NCBI GenBank assembly: GCA_965238135.1
Contig: OZ250177.1
Span: 541,744-605,743, forward strand
Source of the DNA: Candidatus Multivorans sp.
GTDB taxonomy: Bacteria; Acidobacteriota; Thermoanaerobaculia; Multivoradales; Multivoraceae
DNA length: 64,000 bases
Reading direction: 5' to 3'
The position numbers and the translations under genes were made by a program. Below are positions 35,577-44,958 of the stretch, piece after piece. Below the pieces are notes generated by a model. The model searched no databases, was not told the origin of the DNA, and saw nothing but the letters and a program-made list of their open reading frames with translations. The first letter of the stretch is position 1. Each line of letters begins with the position of its first letter.

Positions 35577-36107
35577 TCACGCGCCGATGTTCAGGTTGTC
35601 CCACCAGTCGGGCATCAGGCCGGCGTAGGCCATCATGCGGCCGGTCACCACGACCGCCGCCCACAGCAGCAGGGAGACAACGCCGGCGACCCGGGCGTTG
35701 AACGGGATCTCCCGGCCCTGGTCCCAGGCCTGGACGGACTTGTAGGTCGCGTAGTGGAACCAGAACATGTTGATGCCGGCGACCACCATCAGCAGCATCT
35801 TGGCCCAGAAGTAGAAGTTGCCGTAGTAGCGCATCGGCTGGCTGTAGAGCAGCAAGCCGCCGGTGATCAGGTTGATCGCGTATCCGGTCAGCGCCCACGG
35901 GAAGAGACGGGTCGGGATGTTCGACACCGGCACCTTCTTGAGCGTCAGCCCGACCAGCCGCATGTCCCAGAAGGCGATCAGGCCGGCGAACAGGCACATG
36001 CTGACCACGTGGGTCGTCAGCAGTGTCGGGTACGCGTTCAGCGATTCCCGCAGCGCGACGCTGCTGGGAAGCGCATCGACCCACTCGAAGGCGCTACGGA
36101 TGAACAT
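35577..36107 (-). CDS. Small integral membrane protein (4 TM), tandem paralog
   Basis: 176 aa, MFIRSAFEWVDALPSSVALRESLNAYPTLLTTHVVSMCLFAGLIAFWDMRLVG...; similar topology and motifs to 35081-35554. Confidence 0.6.
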   Translation of the reverse strand: MFIRSAFEWVDALPSSVALRESLNAYPTLLTTHVVSMCLFAGLIAFWDMRLVGLTLKKVPVSNIPTRLFPWALTGYAINLITGGLLLYSQPMRYYGNFYFWAKMLLMVVAGINMFWFHYATYKSVQAWDQGREIPFNARVAGVVSLLLWAAVVVTGRMMAYAGLMPDWWDNLNIGA

Positions 36108-36153
36108 CGGAAGGTGACCCTGTTCGGCTCAGACCGGCAGGAGCCGGAACGGC

Positions 36154-36687
36154 CTACTTGCGGCAGCGGTCCTGGTACTTCCGGTAGATCGCGTGGCAGT
36201 CTTCGCAGGCGCCCGCGAGTTCGTTGGTCAGGTCGCTGACCTTCTCCTGATCCTCTTCGTGCGCCGCGGCGTAGATCTGCTTGGCGACGGAGGTCAACTG
36301 CTTGGCGTACTTCTGGAAGTCCTCGTTGCCGACCGGCGCGGGCTTGCCGTTCTCGCACTTGCGGTCGGCATTCATGATCAGCGGCTCGACCTCGGCCAGG
36401 GCGAGGGCTGCCTGCTGCGGCACCTGCCAGCCGGTGTAGATGCCGGAGAAGAGGGACGATGCGGAGCGGTCGTCTTCGCTGCCGGCCTCGGGCGGGGCGC
36501 CCGGGTCCGTGGTCTGGACGTCGAACAGGAAGTTCGAGTTCGGGAACAGGATGGCGCGCATCAGTTCGGCCAGGTTGCCGACCGGTTCCTCGTGCTCCGA
36601 GGCGGCGAGTGGCGTCGCGGCGATCGTCGTGCAGGCAGCGAGAAGCACTGCCGTGGCGAGGAGCGGCGCAAGTCTGGTCAAGCGCAT
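36154..36687 (-). CDS. Class II c-type cytochrome (cytochrome c'/c556-like), lipoprotein
   Basis: Lipobox LLAAC; single C-terminal heme-binding motif CEDCH in a ~150-aa helical protein. Confidence 0.7.
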   Translation of the reverse strand: MRLTRLAPLLATAVLLAACTTIAATPLAASEHEEPVGNLAELMRAILFPNSNFLFDVQTTDPGAPPEAGSEDDRSASSLFSGIYTGWQVPQQAALALAEVEPLIMNADRKCENGKPAPVGNEDFQKYAKQLTSVAKQIYAAAHEEDQEKVSDLTNELAGACEDCHAIYRKYQDRCRK

Positions 36688-36763
36688 TTGCGGGATCTCC
36701 TTACCCCTGAGGGAACAGTCGTTAGTTGACTTGGGTCGCGGGCTCGCGAGCCGGGAGTGTAAC

Positions 36764-37270
36764 TCAGTCGTTCGACGCCTCGTCCGGTGAGTTTGCGACC
36801 AGTTCGGCCGCAGTCGTCGACGCGATCAGCCACTGCATCTCCAGGCCGGCGGTGCGGTGAACCGAGTACTCGGCCACCCGCGGATCGCCGACGATGCGCA
36901 GGAACTCCGCGCGCGACGGGTACTCGACCAGGGCGATCGTGTCGAAGCGTTCTTCCGTGTCGCCGATCACCATCGAGTCGACCCGGCCCGACCAGATCAG
37001 GCGGCCGCCCTGGGACGTGATCCACTGGATCATCTGGGCGCCGTAGCGCTGGTAGGCCTCGGCCCCGCTCAGGCCCTCGTCGGCCGCGTCGGCCTGGTCC
37101 TTGAACCGCAGCAGGTTGACCATGACGACCGGCGTATCGGCCGGTCCCTTCATGAGTTCTTCGATCTGTTCGGGTCTGGGCCCGATCTGTCCCATGGCGG
37201 CGCCGCCGGTAGCGAGAGCGGCGACGGCGAAGAAGAGAATGCACGTTGCGACGGAGAGCTTGCGGTTCAT
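36764..37270 (-). CDS. DUF1330 domain-containing secreted protein
   Basis: Signal peptide ILFFAVAALATGGAAMG; core VVMVNLLRFKD...AEYSVHR typical of DUF1330. Confidence 0.65.
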   Translation of the reverse strand: MNRKLSVATCILFFAVAALATGGAAMGQIGPRPEQIEELMKGPADTPVVMVNLLRFKDQADAADEGLSGAEAYQRYGAQMIQWITSQGGRLIWSGRVDSMVIGDTEERFDTIALVEYPSRAEFLRIVGDPRVAEYSVHRTAGLEMQWLIASTTAAELVANSPDEASND

Positions 37271-37360
37271 GGGGGTTCCTTTCGGTGGGGTTGCTTGCGC
37301 GGCAGAACTACCGGATGCCGGCGGGGACGCCGCCGCACCCAGTTTGTGCCGCGCAAGTTG

Positions 37361-38626
37361 CTAGGCAGGTGTGCCCACGGTCATCGGTTGGAGTCTCAGG
37401 TAGGTGAGGGAGCGCCACAGCCACTCCAGCGGTCCGAAGCGGAAGCGGGCCAGCCACCAGGGCGACCAGATCAGTTGCAGAGCCCAGATCAGGGCGACGA
37501 TCGCGGTCTGGGCGAGGCGGTCGACCTGCTCGAACAGGCCGAGGCCATGGCCGTAGAAGATCAGGGTGCAGATGAGGCTCTGGCTCACGTAGTTCGTGAG
37601 CGCCATCCGTCCCGCGGCCTGGAGTCGCCGTTGCACGGCGGGGAGCCAGCCGCTCCGGACCGCCAGCATGACCAGGGCGACGTAGCCGAGGAAGACGCCG
37701 ATCGAACCGACGTAGTTGACCATCTGGCCCTGGAACATCGAGAACTCGAAGGCGAAGTCGTGCTGAGTGTTGTAGATCACTCCGGCGACCACGATCGGCA
37801 GGCCGAGCGCGAGTCCGGCCGCGGCCATACGCCGGTAGAACGCGGACGAGCGCCGCGCCGAGAGCACACCGAGCTTGTAGAGCCCCATGCCGACAAGCAT
37901 CAGGCCGCCGGAACGCCAGAGGAACAGGAGCAGGAAGACGGTGGTCTCCAGGCCAATGGCGGTGGCGCTGCGCTCCGGCATCTGGGTCAGCCAGCCCGAT
38001 TGGTAGGTCGCGATCTCGGCCTCCACTTCGGCCGCCGCCGGCGCCCAGCCCCGCTCCAGGCCGTCGCGGGCCTCGGCGGGCATGTTCGGTATCGACGATG
38101 CGGCCAGGAGGAAGAAAACCGGGGTCACCGCGGTCATGGCGAACCCGGCGATCACCAGCTTCCTCGGCTTGAGACCGCGCAGGCTGTAGAGCAGGAATCC
38201 GCACAGCGCGTACGGCACCAGGATGTCGCCGTACCAGATCAGATGAGCGTGGGCGAGGCCCAGGAGCAGCAGCCAGAACTGCCGCCGGTAGTGGACGCCG
38301 GTGGCCGAGACGCCGCGGGAGGCGGCGCGCTCGGCCATCAGGGCCATGCCGGCACCGAACAGCGTCGAGAAGATCGACATGAACTTGGTATCGGCGAACA
38401 CGTGGGTCAGCAGCCAGACCGAGAAACCGGCGCCCGCCAGCTTGTCGTTCGCGGCCGGGTTCAGGTACGCCGCCGAGATCATCGAGTAGCTCTGCACGTT
38501 CATCACCAGGATGCCCAGCACGGCGAAGCCGCGCAGGACGTCGATGGCGGCGATCCGCTCGCCGGCCTGGACCGGGGCCGCCCTCGGCGCGGCGGCGGTC
38601 TCGATGGGCGATTCGGCTGTTGTCAC
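37361..38626 (-). CDS. DUF418 (YeiB-like) multi-pass membrane protein
   Basis: N-terminal ERIAAIDVLRGFAVLGILVMN and C-terminal FRFGPLEWLWRSLTY motifs are diagnostic of DUF418. Confidence 0.8.
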   Translation of the reverse strand: MTTAESPIETAAAPRAAPVQAGERIAAIDVLRGFAVLGILVMNVQSYSMISAAYLNPAANDKLAGAGFSVWLLTHVFADTKFMSIFSTLFGAGMALMAERAASRGVSATGVHYRRQFWLLLLGLAHAHLIWYGDILVPYALCGFLLYSLRGLKPRKLVIAGFAMTAVTPVFFLLAASSIPNMPAEARDGLERGWAPAAAEVEAEIATYQSGWLTQMPERSATAIGLETTVFLLLFLWRSGGLMLVGMGLYKLGVLSARRSSAFYRRMAAAGLALGLPIVVAGVIYNTQHDFAFEFSMFQGQMVNYVGSIGVFLGYVALVMLAVRSGWLPAVQRRLQAAGRMALTNYVSQSLICTLIFYGHGLGLFEQVDRLAQTAIVALIWALQLIWSPWWLARFRFGPLEWLWRSLTYLRLQPMTVGTPA

Positions 38627-38717
38627 GACGGTCGTTGCGCTAGCGCGCCAAACCTGTCGCAGGCTCCATGTTTGGCCCCAGCCCCCACCTCACCAGGTCT
38701 TTGCCCCGCAGAACTCA

Positions 38718-39650
38718 CTACGTCTCGTTCCGCGGCGCAAGCTCCTGGTCGGCGAGGAAAGCTCGGGTTGTGGCCACGAACTCGTCGAGTTGGTCGTGGT
38801 GGACCCAGTGCCCGGCGCCCTGGAAGTTGCGCAACTCCGCGTTCTGGAACGCGTCGATGCGGCCGTCCTCGGCCGGGTCGCTGGCCCAGCTCTCCGTGCC
38901 CCGCACCAGCAGGGTGGGGCAGGTGATCCGGCCCCAGATGCTGCGCAGTTCCTCCTCGTCGTAGCGGTAGGGCGGGAAGGAGCGGACGTAGTTGTCGAAT
39001 TTCCAGGTGTAGGTGCCGTCCTCGTTGCGCGCCATGCCGTTGACCGTGAGGTGCCGGGCCTGCTCGGGGCTCAGGAAGCTGTTCACCTCCTGCATCCGCT
39101 CGGCCGCGGCGTCGAGCGACGGGTAGCGCCGCGGCTGCCGACCGGCGAGCTTCTGCATGTTGCCGATCCAGTCCCGCATTCGTTCGTCGACGGCGGCGGT
39201 GATCCGGCCGCTGAGGATTTGAGGGGGCGGCCCCATGCCCTCGATCGCCACCAGCTTGTGGACGTTGTCGGGGTAGAAGCCGGTGTAGTGGAGCGCGATG
39301 TTCGCGCCCAGGGAGTGGGCCACGATGCGCACCGGAAAGCGGTCGAGCGCCTCGAGCAGTTGCGCGATGTCGAGCACGAAGTCGGTGATCGCGTACATGC
39401 CGCCGATTGCCCACTCGCTGTCCCCGTGGCCGCGCAGGTCCGGGGCCACGATGTGGTAGTCGGAGCGCAGCGCGTTCGCCACCCAGTCCCAGTTGTGCGC
39501 GTGGTCCCGGCCGCCGTGGATCAGCACCAGGGGCGGCTTGTCCTCGTTGCCCCAGCTCAGGTAGTGAAGCCGGAGGCGCTGCGAGATGTAGAACTGCGAC
39601 GACGGGCCGACAATGTCCCGGAAGGGACTGTCGCTGAAGGCGGTGCTCAT
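38718..39650 (-). CDS. Alpha/beta-hydrolase fold protein
   Basis: HGG oxyanion motif LVLIHGGRDHAHNW, nucleophile elbow AHSLGAN (GxSxG), C-terminal His region. Confidence 0.8.
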   Translation of the reverse strand: MSTAFSDSPFRDIVGPSSQFYISQRLRLHYLSWGNEDKPPLVLIHGGRDHAHNWDWVANALRSDYHIVAPDLRGHGDSEWAIGGMYAITDFVLDIAQLLEALDRFPVRIVAHSLGANIALHYTGFYPDNVHKLVAIEGMGPPPQILSGRITAAVDERMRDWIGNMQKLAGRQPRRYPSLDAAAERMQEVNSFLSPEQARHLTVNGMARNEDGTYTWKFDNYVRSFPPYRYDEEELRSIWGRITCPTLLVRGTESWASDPAEDGRIDAFQNAELRNFQGAGHWVHHDQLDEFVATTRAFLADQELAPRNET

Positions 39651-39678
39651 CGATCCTTGGGCGCGGTTGGAGCCGTGA

Positions 39679-40254
39679 TCACTGTTGGTCCGGGCGCGGC
39701 GGATTGATCATCACGTGAGCGCCTGCAGTGCCCGGCGCCATGAGCCAGGGCGCTCCGGGGACCGGTCGGGTCGTGAGGCCGGTCGACTCCGGAGTGGCGT
39801 AGGGCGTGTAGATGACCCACCGCAGGTAGGGATCGATCACCTTGCCGCTCTCCGCGTCGAATCCGCTGCCGTGAAGCACATACAGCGTGCGCGGCTCGCG
39901 CGGCATGGGCAGGCTGCCCTCCGCGATCTCGTTTTCGCGCATCGCTACCCTTTCCTCACCGGTGATCCCCTGGGCCAGAAGCTCGCGGCCGCGCGCCATG
40001 AACGGCTCGAGCGACTCGTGGTAGCAGGCGACGCTCCAGCGCTCCTCGCCGGGCCGCGCGGCCAGGCAGACCAGGTCGTTGCTGCCCGCACGCAACTCGA
40101 CGACCTTGCCGTCGCCGTCCCAGCCGAGCACGCGCGCGCCGTCCCGGCGGTCGTCGGGTGCGGCCTGGATGGCGGCGGCAAGCTGCGCCGCGGCGTCGGG
40201 GGGCTCGGCGGCGCGGGAAGTGGCGCCCGGAAAAGCGAGAGCGAGCACGCCCAT
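39679..40254 (-). CDS. Secreted hypothetical protein
   Basis: Signal peptide MGVLALAFPGATSRAAEP; gene-like codon bias; start uncertain. Confidence 0.45.
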   Translation of the reverse strand: MGVLALAFPGATSRAAEPPDAAAQLAAAIQAAPDDRRDGARVLGWDGDGKVVELRAGSNDLVCLAARPGEERWSVACYHESLEPFMARGRELLAQGITGEERVAMRENEIAEGSLPMPREPRTLYVLHGSGFDAESGKVIDPYLRWVIYTPYATPESTGLTTRPVPGAPWLMAPGTAGAHVMINPPRPDQQ

Positions 40255-40358
40255 GGTTGCTGCGAGAGTGGTCGTCCTGTTGTGCACGTCGTACCTCCTG
40301 TTGCGCCCACCGGGTGTTGGGCAGGCCGGCGACAGCGTATCGCGGTGCTGATCCTGTT

Positions 40359-42206
40359 CTAGTGCTTGGAAGCTGCGCTTCGTCGGCGTGTCCGTTTGAG
40401 CCCTTGGAGCAAGCGAAGTGTCTTCTGGACATCGGTCGGCACAACCTTCATGTTCTCGACGATTGCCTCTGGAGTCAGGTGCGACGGGAACTCCTTCGTC
40501 TGCAGCCAACCTCTCAAGCCGCTCAGAACCTTCTTCGCGTCGCCCCACCTTGGCAATTGCTCGTCGTCGAGTGGCACCTGCTTTCGGGCTTGCTCCATCG
40601 CTGTTGCGAGGGCTAAGCGACGGTCTTCTTGGTGGATTCGCTCGGCGACTCTCTCCCAGATTCGCTGCCGCTGATCGCCTAACAGGCGATCCCATTCACG
40701 CGCGAAGCGACCCCGCAGCCTTCTCCAGACGCCTTTCTTGTTGGCTGCGGCGGCCTGGGAGTCGAGCAGTCGCAGAACAGCATCGCGGTCGAGCAAGTAG
40801 TTCTCTAGCTCGTTCTTCTCCCAGAGCACGAGCCGGAAGTCGAGTTTGTAGGCTTCGCTCTTGGAGCGCTTGTTGCGATCAAGTAGGGCCCCCCGCCTCG
40901 CCCTGTCGGTTCGGTAGTCGCGATCACCGATAGCGACGAACTTCATCGGTGCAGGGCTGTCCAGCACCGGGCTGCTAGCGATGTCGCGGACCTGACGCGC
41001 CAAGTCGAGGACCCGGGCCTCAATCGGGCCTTGGTAGGTGTACAAGAACGTCAGGTCTCGCCAGATGGCCTGTTGTTTCTTGGTGCCCCAGTGCTTGCGT
41101 GCGAACGCCTCGATCAGCTTGCGGTCGCTCTTGTTCTCGACGAAGACCACCGCGCGATTCACGAGCAGGGGCACCAGTTCCATCTGGTCCATAGCGCCGA
41201 GATCACCTAGCAGTTGGAGTTGCTCGGGTTGTACCGACAATGGCACGGCTCGGCCGTCCATGCAGACCCGAACAGAGCCTGCCGGCGCCGAGTTCAGGAG
41301 TTGGGGCGAGTGGGTGGCGAGAACGAACTGCTCCTCTTCCTCGACTGCCAGACGCTGCAGGATGCCCATCAACTGCCCCTGAAGGCGCGCGTGGAGGTGA
41401 GCGTCCGGTTCATCCAGGAGGAACATCGCTGCCCCTGGCGCTAGGACGGAAGCCAGGATCTGGAGAGCTTGGTGGAATCCGGATCCGGCAGTGATCACGT
41501 CTCGCTTGCGTCGCAGTGCCTTGTCGCGATAGCTAGCTTTCAGGAAGCGGTCGATGTCAAGGTTGAAGTCGACCTCGATGCTGCTCTCGGGAAACAGCTC
41601 AGCCAATAGCGCCTGGAGTTTCTTCCACTGGTGCGGTTCGTCCTGCTGGAGATGCCAAAGCTGGTTGCGGACCATTTCGCCGTGCCGCTGTAGACGTAGG
41701 CGGTCCTGCCGTGCTGGCGGCGTCAGGTACTCCTCCTGCGGCAGGAAGCCGGCGAAGATGGGAATCAGTCGGATCTCGCGACGGTGGATAGCTTCTTGCC
41801 AGGCCCCCTTTGTGCTCGGCTGGATGCTGAAACGGTTGTAGCTGATGCGAATCTGAAACGCGATCTCAGCGCCGCTTGCGAACATAGCCTTGAGCGAAAT
41901 GGGTCTCGGTTTCGACTGGTGGGTGATCAGCCCGTCGGGCCAGAGATCGCCTGGATGAGCGGCCGGCAACGCGCCGAACTCGTCGAAACCAACGGTTCGG
42001 CTGGAGAGTGCGAGATCGGCGGAGTCTCGCCCGTTGCCGTTGAGTTTGCGAGTTGTCTCGATGCAGTACTGGAACAGCGTCAGGGCCTGGAGGATGGTCG
42101 ACTTGCCGCTGTTGTTGGCACCGACGAGCAACGTGATGTCCTCAAAGTCGACGCTCGTCGCGTCGCGGAAGCGCTTGAAGCCCTTGATCGTGAATCTGCG
42201 GAGCAT
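40359..42206 (-). CDS. OLD-family ATP-dependent endonuclease (AAA_21/ABC ATPase + Toprim), stand-alone (class 1 OLD / fused PARIS-like)
   Basis: Walker A LLVGANNSGKSTIL, Walker B MFLLDEPDAHLH, C-terminal Toprim-like segment VVFVENKSDRKLIEAF...FVAIGDRDYR. 615 aa. No adjacent UvrD-like helicase. Confidence 0.72.
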   Translation of the reverse strand: MLRRFTIKGFKRFRDATSVDFEDITLLVGANNSGKSTILQALTLFQYCIETTRKLNGNGRDSADLALSSRTVGFDEFGALPAAHPGDLWPDGLITHQSKPRPISLKAMFASGAEIAFQIRISYNRFSIQPSTKGAWQEAIHRREIRLIPIFAGFLPQEEYLTPPARQDRLRLQRHGEMVRNQLWHLQQDEPHQWKKLQALLAELFPESSIEVDFNLDIDRFLKASYRDKALRRKRDVITAGSGFHQALQILASVLAPGAAMFLLDEPDAHLHARLQGQLMGILQRLAVEEEEQFVLATHSPQLLNSAPAGSVRVCMDGRAVPLSVQPEQLQLLGDLGAMDQMELVPLLVNRAVVFVENKSDRKLIEAFARKHWGTKKQQAIWRDLTFLYTYQGPIEARVLDLARQVRDIASSPVLDSPAPMKFVAIGDRDYRTDRARRGALLDRNKRSKSEAYKLDFRLVLWEKNELENYLLDRDAVLRLLDSQAAAANKKGVWRRLRGRFAREWDRLLGDQRQRIWERVAERIHQEDRRLALATAMEQARKQVPLDDEQLPRWGDAKKVLSGLRGWLQTKEFPSHLTPEAIVENMKVVPTDVQKTLRLLQGLKRTRRRSAASKH

Positions 42207-42493
42207 CTTCTTTGTCTATTGGCGGTTGTCAGCGGGGCGCCCGGGTCAGTTGCTCGAGGCTCTGCGCTGACGACCGAGAGTTCCCCAGCGCAGAGCCAGA
42301 GCCGGTCACTGGCCGGTGCGTCTCTGGCGAGTGAATCCTACGGCAACTCGTAGCTTCATGGAGCCTCCGGAGGTCGGGCACGGCTCCGTTTCCGCTATCG
42401 TCGTCGCAGACGTATGGAAGCGGGCGACGGAGTTCTTCGCGTGCCATCGGAAGGCCGGCGGTTGAACCCGGCGTCGATACAGGAGCCAAGCTC

Positions 42494-43228
42494 ATGATCG
42501 ATCTGCACTACTGGCCTACGCCGAACGGCAAGAAGGTCACGATCCTGCTGGAGGAGTGCGGGCTGCCCTACCGCATCGTGCCCTGCCGGATCGGCTTCGG
42601 CGATCAGTTCAAGGACGAGTTCCTCGAGATCTCGCCCAACAACCGGATGCCGGCGATGGTCGACCACGAGCCGGCCGACGGCGGTGAGCGGGTCGCGCTG
42701 TTCGAGTCCGGCTCGATCATGATCTACATCGCGGAGAAGGCCGGACAGTTCTATCCGGAGGAGCTGCGGGCACGCCACGAAGTGAACCAGTGGCTCATCT
42801 GGCAGATGGCGAACCAGGGGCCGAAGTCGGGCGAGTGCGGCCACTTCCGGCGCCTCGGCGACACCGAGGGCGACCAGAGCTACGCCGTGCGACGCTTCAC
42901 CGACGAGGTGAACCGCCTCTACGGGGTGATGAACAACCGCCTCTACGACCGCCGCTATCTGATCGGCGACGAGTACACGATCGCCGACATGATCTGCTAC
43001 CCGTGGACGGTCCGCTGGCAGGACCAGGAGCAGGATCTCGCCGACTTCCAGTACTTCAAGCGCTGGTTCCACGAAGTCGGCGCGCGCCCGGGAGTGCAAC
43101 GGGGCATGGAGGTCCAGAGCGACCTCGCCATCGACTACGCGAACCTCTCCGACGAAGAGCGCGCGCGGTTGAAGAAGATGCTCTACAACCAGCGCGCCCG
43201 CCCTGCGCCCGAGGGCGGCCTGCTGTAG
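42494..43228 (+). CDS. Glutathione S-transferase (Nu-class, YfcG/YghU-like)
   Basis: N-terminal thioredoxin-like HYWPTPNGKKVTILLEE, ESGSIMIYIAEK, C-terminal helical domain ICYPWTV. Confidence 0.8.
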   Translation: MIDLHYWPTPNGKKVTILLEECGLPYRIVPCRIGFGDQFKDEFLEISPNNRMPAMVDHEPADGGERVALFESGSIMIYIAEKAGQFYPEELRARHEVNQWLIWQMANQGPKSGECGHFRRLGDTEGDQSYAVRRFTDEVNRLYGVMNNRLYDRRYLIGDEYTIADMICYPWTVRWQDQEQDLADFQYFKRWFHEVGARPGVQRGMEVQSDLAIDYANLSDEERARLKKMLYNQRARPAPEGGLL

Positions 43229-43234
43229 CAGCCC

Positions 43235-44152
43235 TCAGCGGTCGAGAAGAGCTGCCGCCTTCGCGCGGAGCTCCCCGTACGAGGCGCATCCGGTCGCCGG
43301 TTCGACGACGTTTTTCCATTCGCGGCGCCAAACTTCGGCGACCCTGGCCGGCAGCTCCCGCTTGCTGTCGCCGACGCGGCCCTTGCGGACCTTCGTGCTG
43401 CTGGCGTCTGCGGGCAGGCCGCACGCGGCGTTGCGGGTGCGGCGGACCAGGTTGTCGTCGAACTTCGATCCGTGCTGGCGCATGAAGTCGATCGACGCCT
43501 GACGGGTCGCGATCTCGACGTTCGGGCGCTCCGGGTCGAGGCCCAGGAATCGGGCCACGCGAACGGTGGCGGCGGGCAGGTCGGCAACGATGTCCTCGAA
43601 GGACAGCCAAAGCGTGTCGGGGTCGAGGCGGCGGGGCCACCAGGACACGAGGTGGTCCCAGTACCGGCCGCTGCGCGAGCCGCGGTGCACGTACTCGAGA
43701 GCGAAGTCCTCGATCGAGACGCTGCCGGCCTCGAACACCCAGCCGTTGAAGAAGTGGAAGAAGGAGACCAGGGAGTCGGCCGGGTCGCGGACGACGTAGA
43801 TCGTGCGGCCGCCCTTCGGCGCTTCGTTCCAGTCGAAGTGGGTCTTGAAGGCCCTCGGTTCGGCGCGCTGCGGGGCGTCGAGGTCGAGGCCGAGGTCGTG
43901 GGCGAGTTCGAGCCAGGGCACGACCTCCGTGATCTCGCCGAAGTCCATGTCGCCGCCGGTGCGCAGCCCGTGGACGATCTGCTGCATCAGGGTGGTGCCG
44001 GCCTTGGGGTAAGTGGCGATCAGGATGTCGGTCGGCCGCAGCCGGAAGCTCCGTCCCCGCGCCAGGCCCTCCGGCGTCGCGAAGCCGGCCATGCGCCGCC
44101 GGATTCCCTTCGCTGTGGTCGCCCGGCTCGGCGCGGAGGCCGCGTCGCTCAC
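43235..44152 (-). CDS. Sulfotransferase-domain protein (PAPS-dependent)
   Basis: 5'-PSB loop TYPKAGTTLMQQI and 3'-PB motif region RDPADSLVSFFHF. Confidence 0.75.
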   Translation of the reverse strand: MSDAASAPSRATTAKGIRRRMAGFATPEGLARGRSFRLRPTDILIATYPKAGTTLMQQIVHGLRTGGDMDFGEITEVVPWLELAHDLGLDLDAPQRAEPRAFKTHFDWNEAPKGGRTIYVVRDPADSLVSFFHFFNGWVFEAGSVSIEDFALEYVHRGSRSGRYWDHLVSWWPRRLDPDTLWLSFEDIVADLPAATVRVARFLGLDPERPNVEIATRQASIDFMRQHGSKFDDNLVRRTRNAACGLPADASSTKVRKGRVGDSKRELPARVAEVWRREWKNVVEPATGCASYGELRAKAAALLDR

Positions 44153-44958
44153 GACAGAACCTCAGCCGACAGGTCGACGCCCACCGGACAGTGATCGGAG
44201 CCGGTGACGTCTGTCGCGAGGAAGGCGCGATCGACGAAGCGCATCGCGGTCTCTGAGGCCAGCACGAGGTCGATCCGCCAGCCCACGTTGCGCTCGCGCG
44301 CATTGAAGGCCTGCCGCCACCAGCTATAGCGCACCGTGTCCGGGTGCAGGTGGCGGAAGGTGTCGATCCAGCCGGCGTCGAGCCATCGCTGGAGTTCCTC
44401 GCGCTCTTCCGGCAGGAAGCCCGAGTTGCGGACGTTCTGCTTCGGCCGCGCCAGGTCGATCGGCTGCGGCGCGGTGTTGAAGTCGCCCATCACGAGGACG
44501 CGATAGCCGGCCTCACGCGCCTGGTCGACCTGCTCGAACAGCGCCCGGTAGAAGTCCAGCTTGTACGGCACCCGGCTGTTGTCGCGCTTGCTGCCGCTGC
44601 CCTTGGGGAAGTAGACGTTGGCCACCAGCAGCTTGCCGAACAGGGCCAGTTGCAGTCTGCCCTCCGCGTCGAAGCGATGCTCGCCCAGCGAGGTCTGGAC
44701 CCAAGCGGGTTCCAGGCGCGAATAGAGGCCGACGCCCGAGTAGCCGGGCCGTTCAGCGCTCGAGAACGCCGTGTACCAGCGGCTCGGCCGGCGCAGTTCA
44801 GGAACCAGTTGCTCGGCGCGGGCCTTGGTCTCCTGCAGACCCACGATCTGCACCCGGCTGGTCCCGAGCCAGTCGAGGAAGCCCTTGCGCGCGCAGGCGC
44901 GCAGGCCGTTCACGTTCCAGGAGACGACGCGGATGCGGCGCCGCGCTCGCTGACTCAG
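44149..44958 (-). CDS. xthA: Exodeoxyribonuclease III (Xth/EEP family)
   Basis: IRVVSWNVNGLRA, LQETK, GDFNTAP, WRIDL and SDHCPV motifs. The 5' end has no ATG/GTG: the frame begins right at the stop of the upstream GNAT gene (CTGA overlap), so the start is uncertain. Confidence 0.82.
   Translation of the reverse strand: MSQRARRRIRVVSWNVNGLRACARKGFLDWLGTSRVQIVGLQETKARAEQLVPELRRPSRWYTAFSSAERPGYSGVGLYSRLEPAWVQTSLGEHRFDAEGRLQLALFGKLLVANVYFPKGSGSKRDNSRVPYKLDFYRALFEQVDQAREAGYRVLVMGDFNTAPQPIDLARPKQNVRNSGFLPEEREELQRWLDAGWIDTFRHLHPDTVRYSWWRQAFNARERNVGWRIDLVLASETAMRFVDRAFLATDVTGSDHCPVGVDLSAEVLS

Noticed and set aside
36857-38926. 689-aa plus-strand ORF
   Set aside because: High-GC antisense artefact spanning the DUF1330 and DUF418 genes. 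Low-complexity R/G/A-rich translation with no motifs, whereas the minus-strand genes carry diagnostic motifs.
43056-44303. 415-aa minus-strand ORF overlapping the sulfotransferase
   Set aside because: Different frame of the same strand with a low-complexity translation. The 305-aa frame (43235-44152) carries the PAPS-binding motifs.
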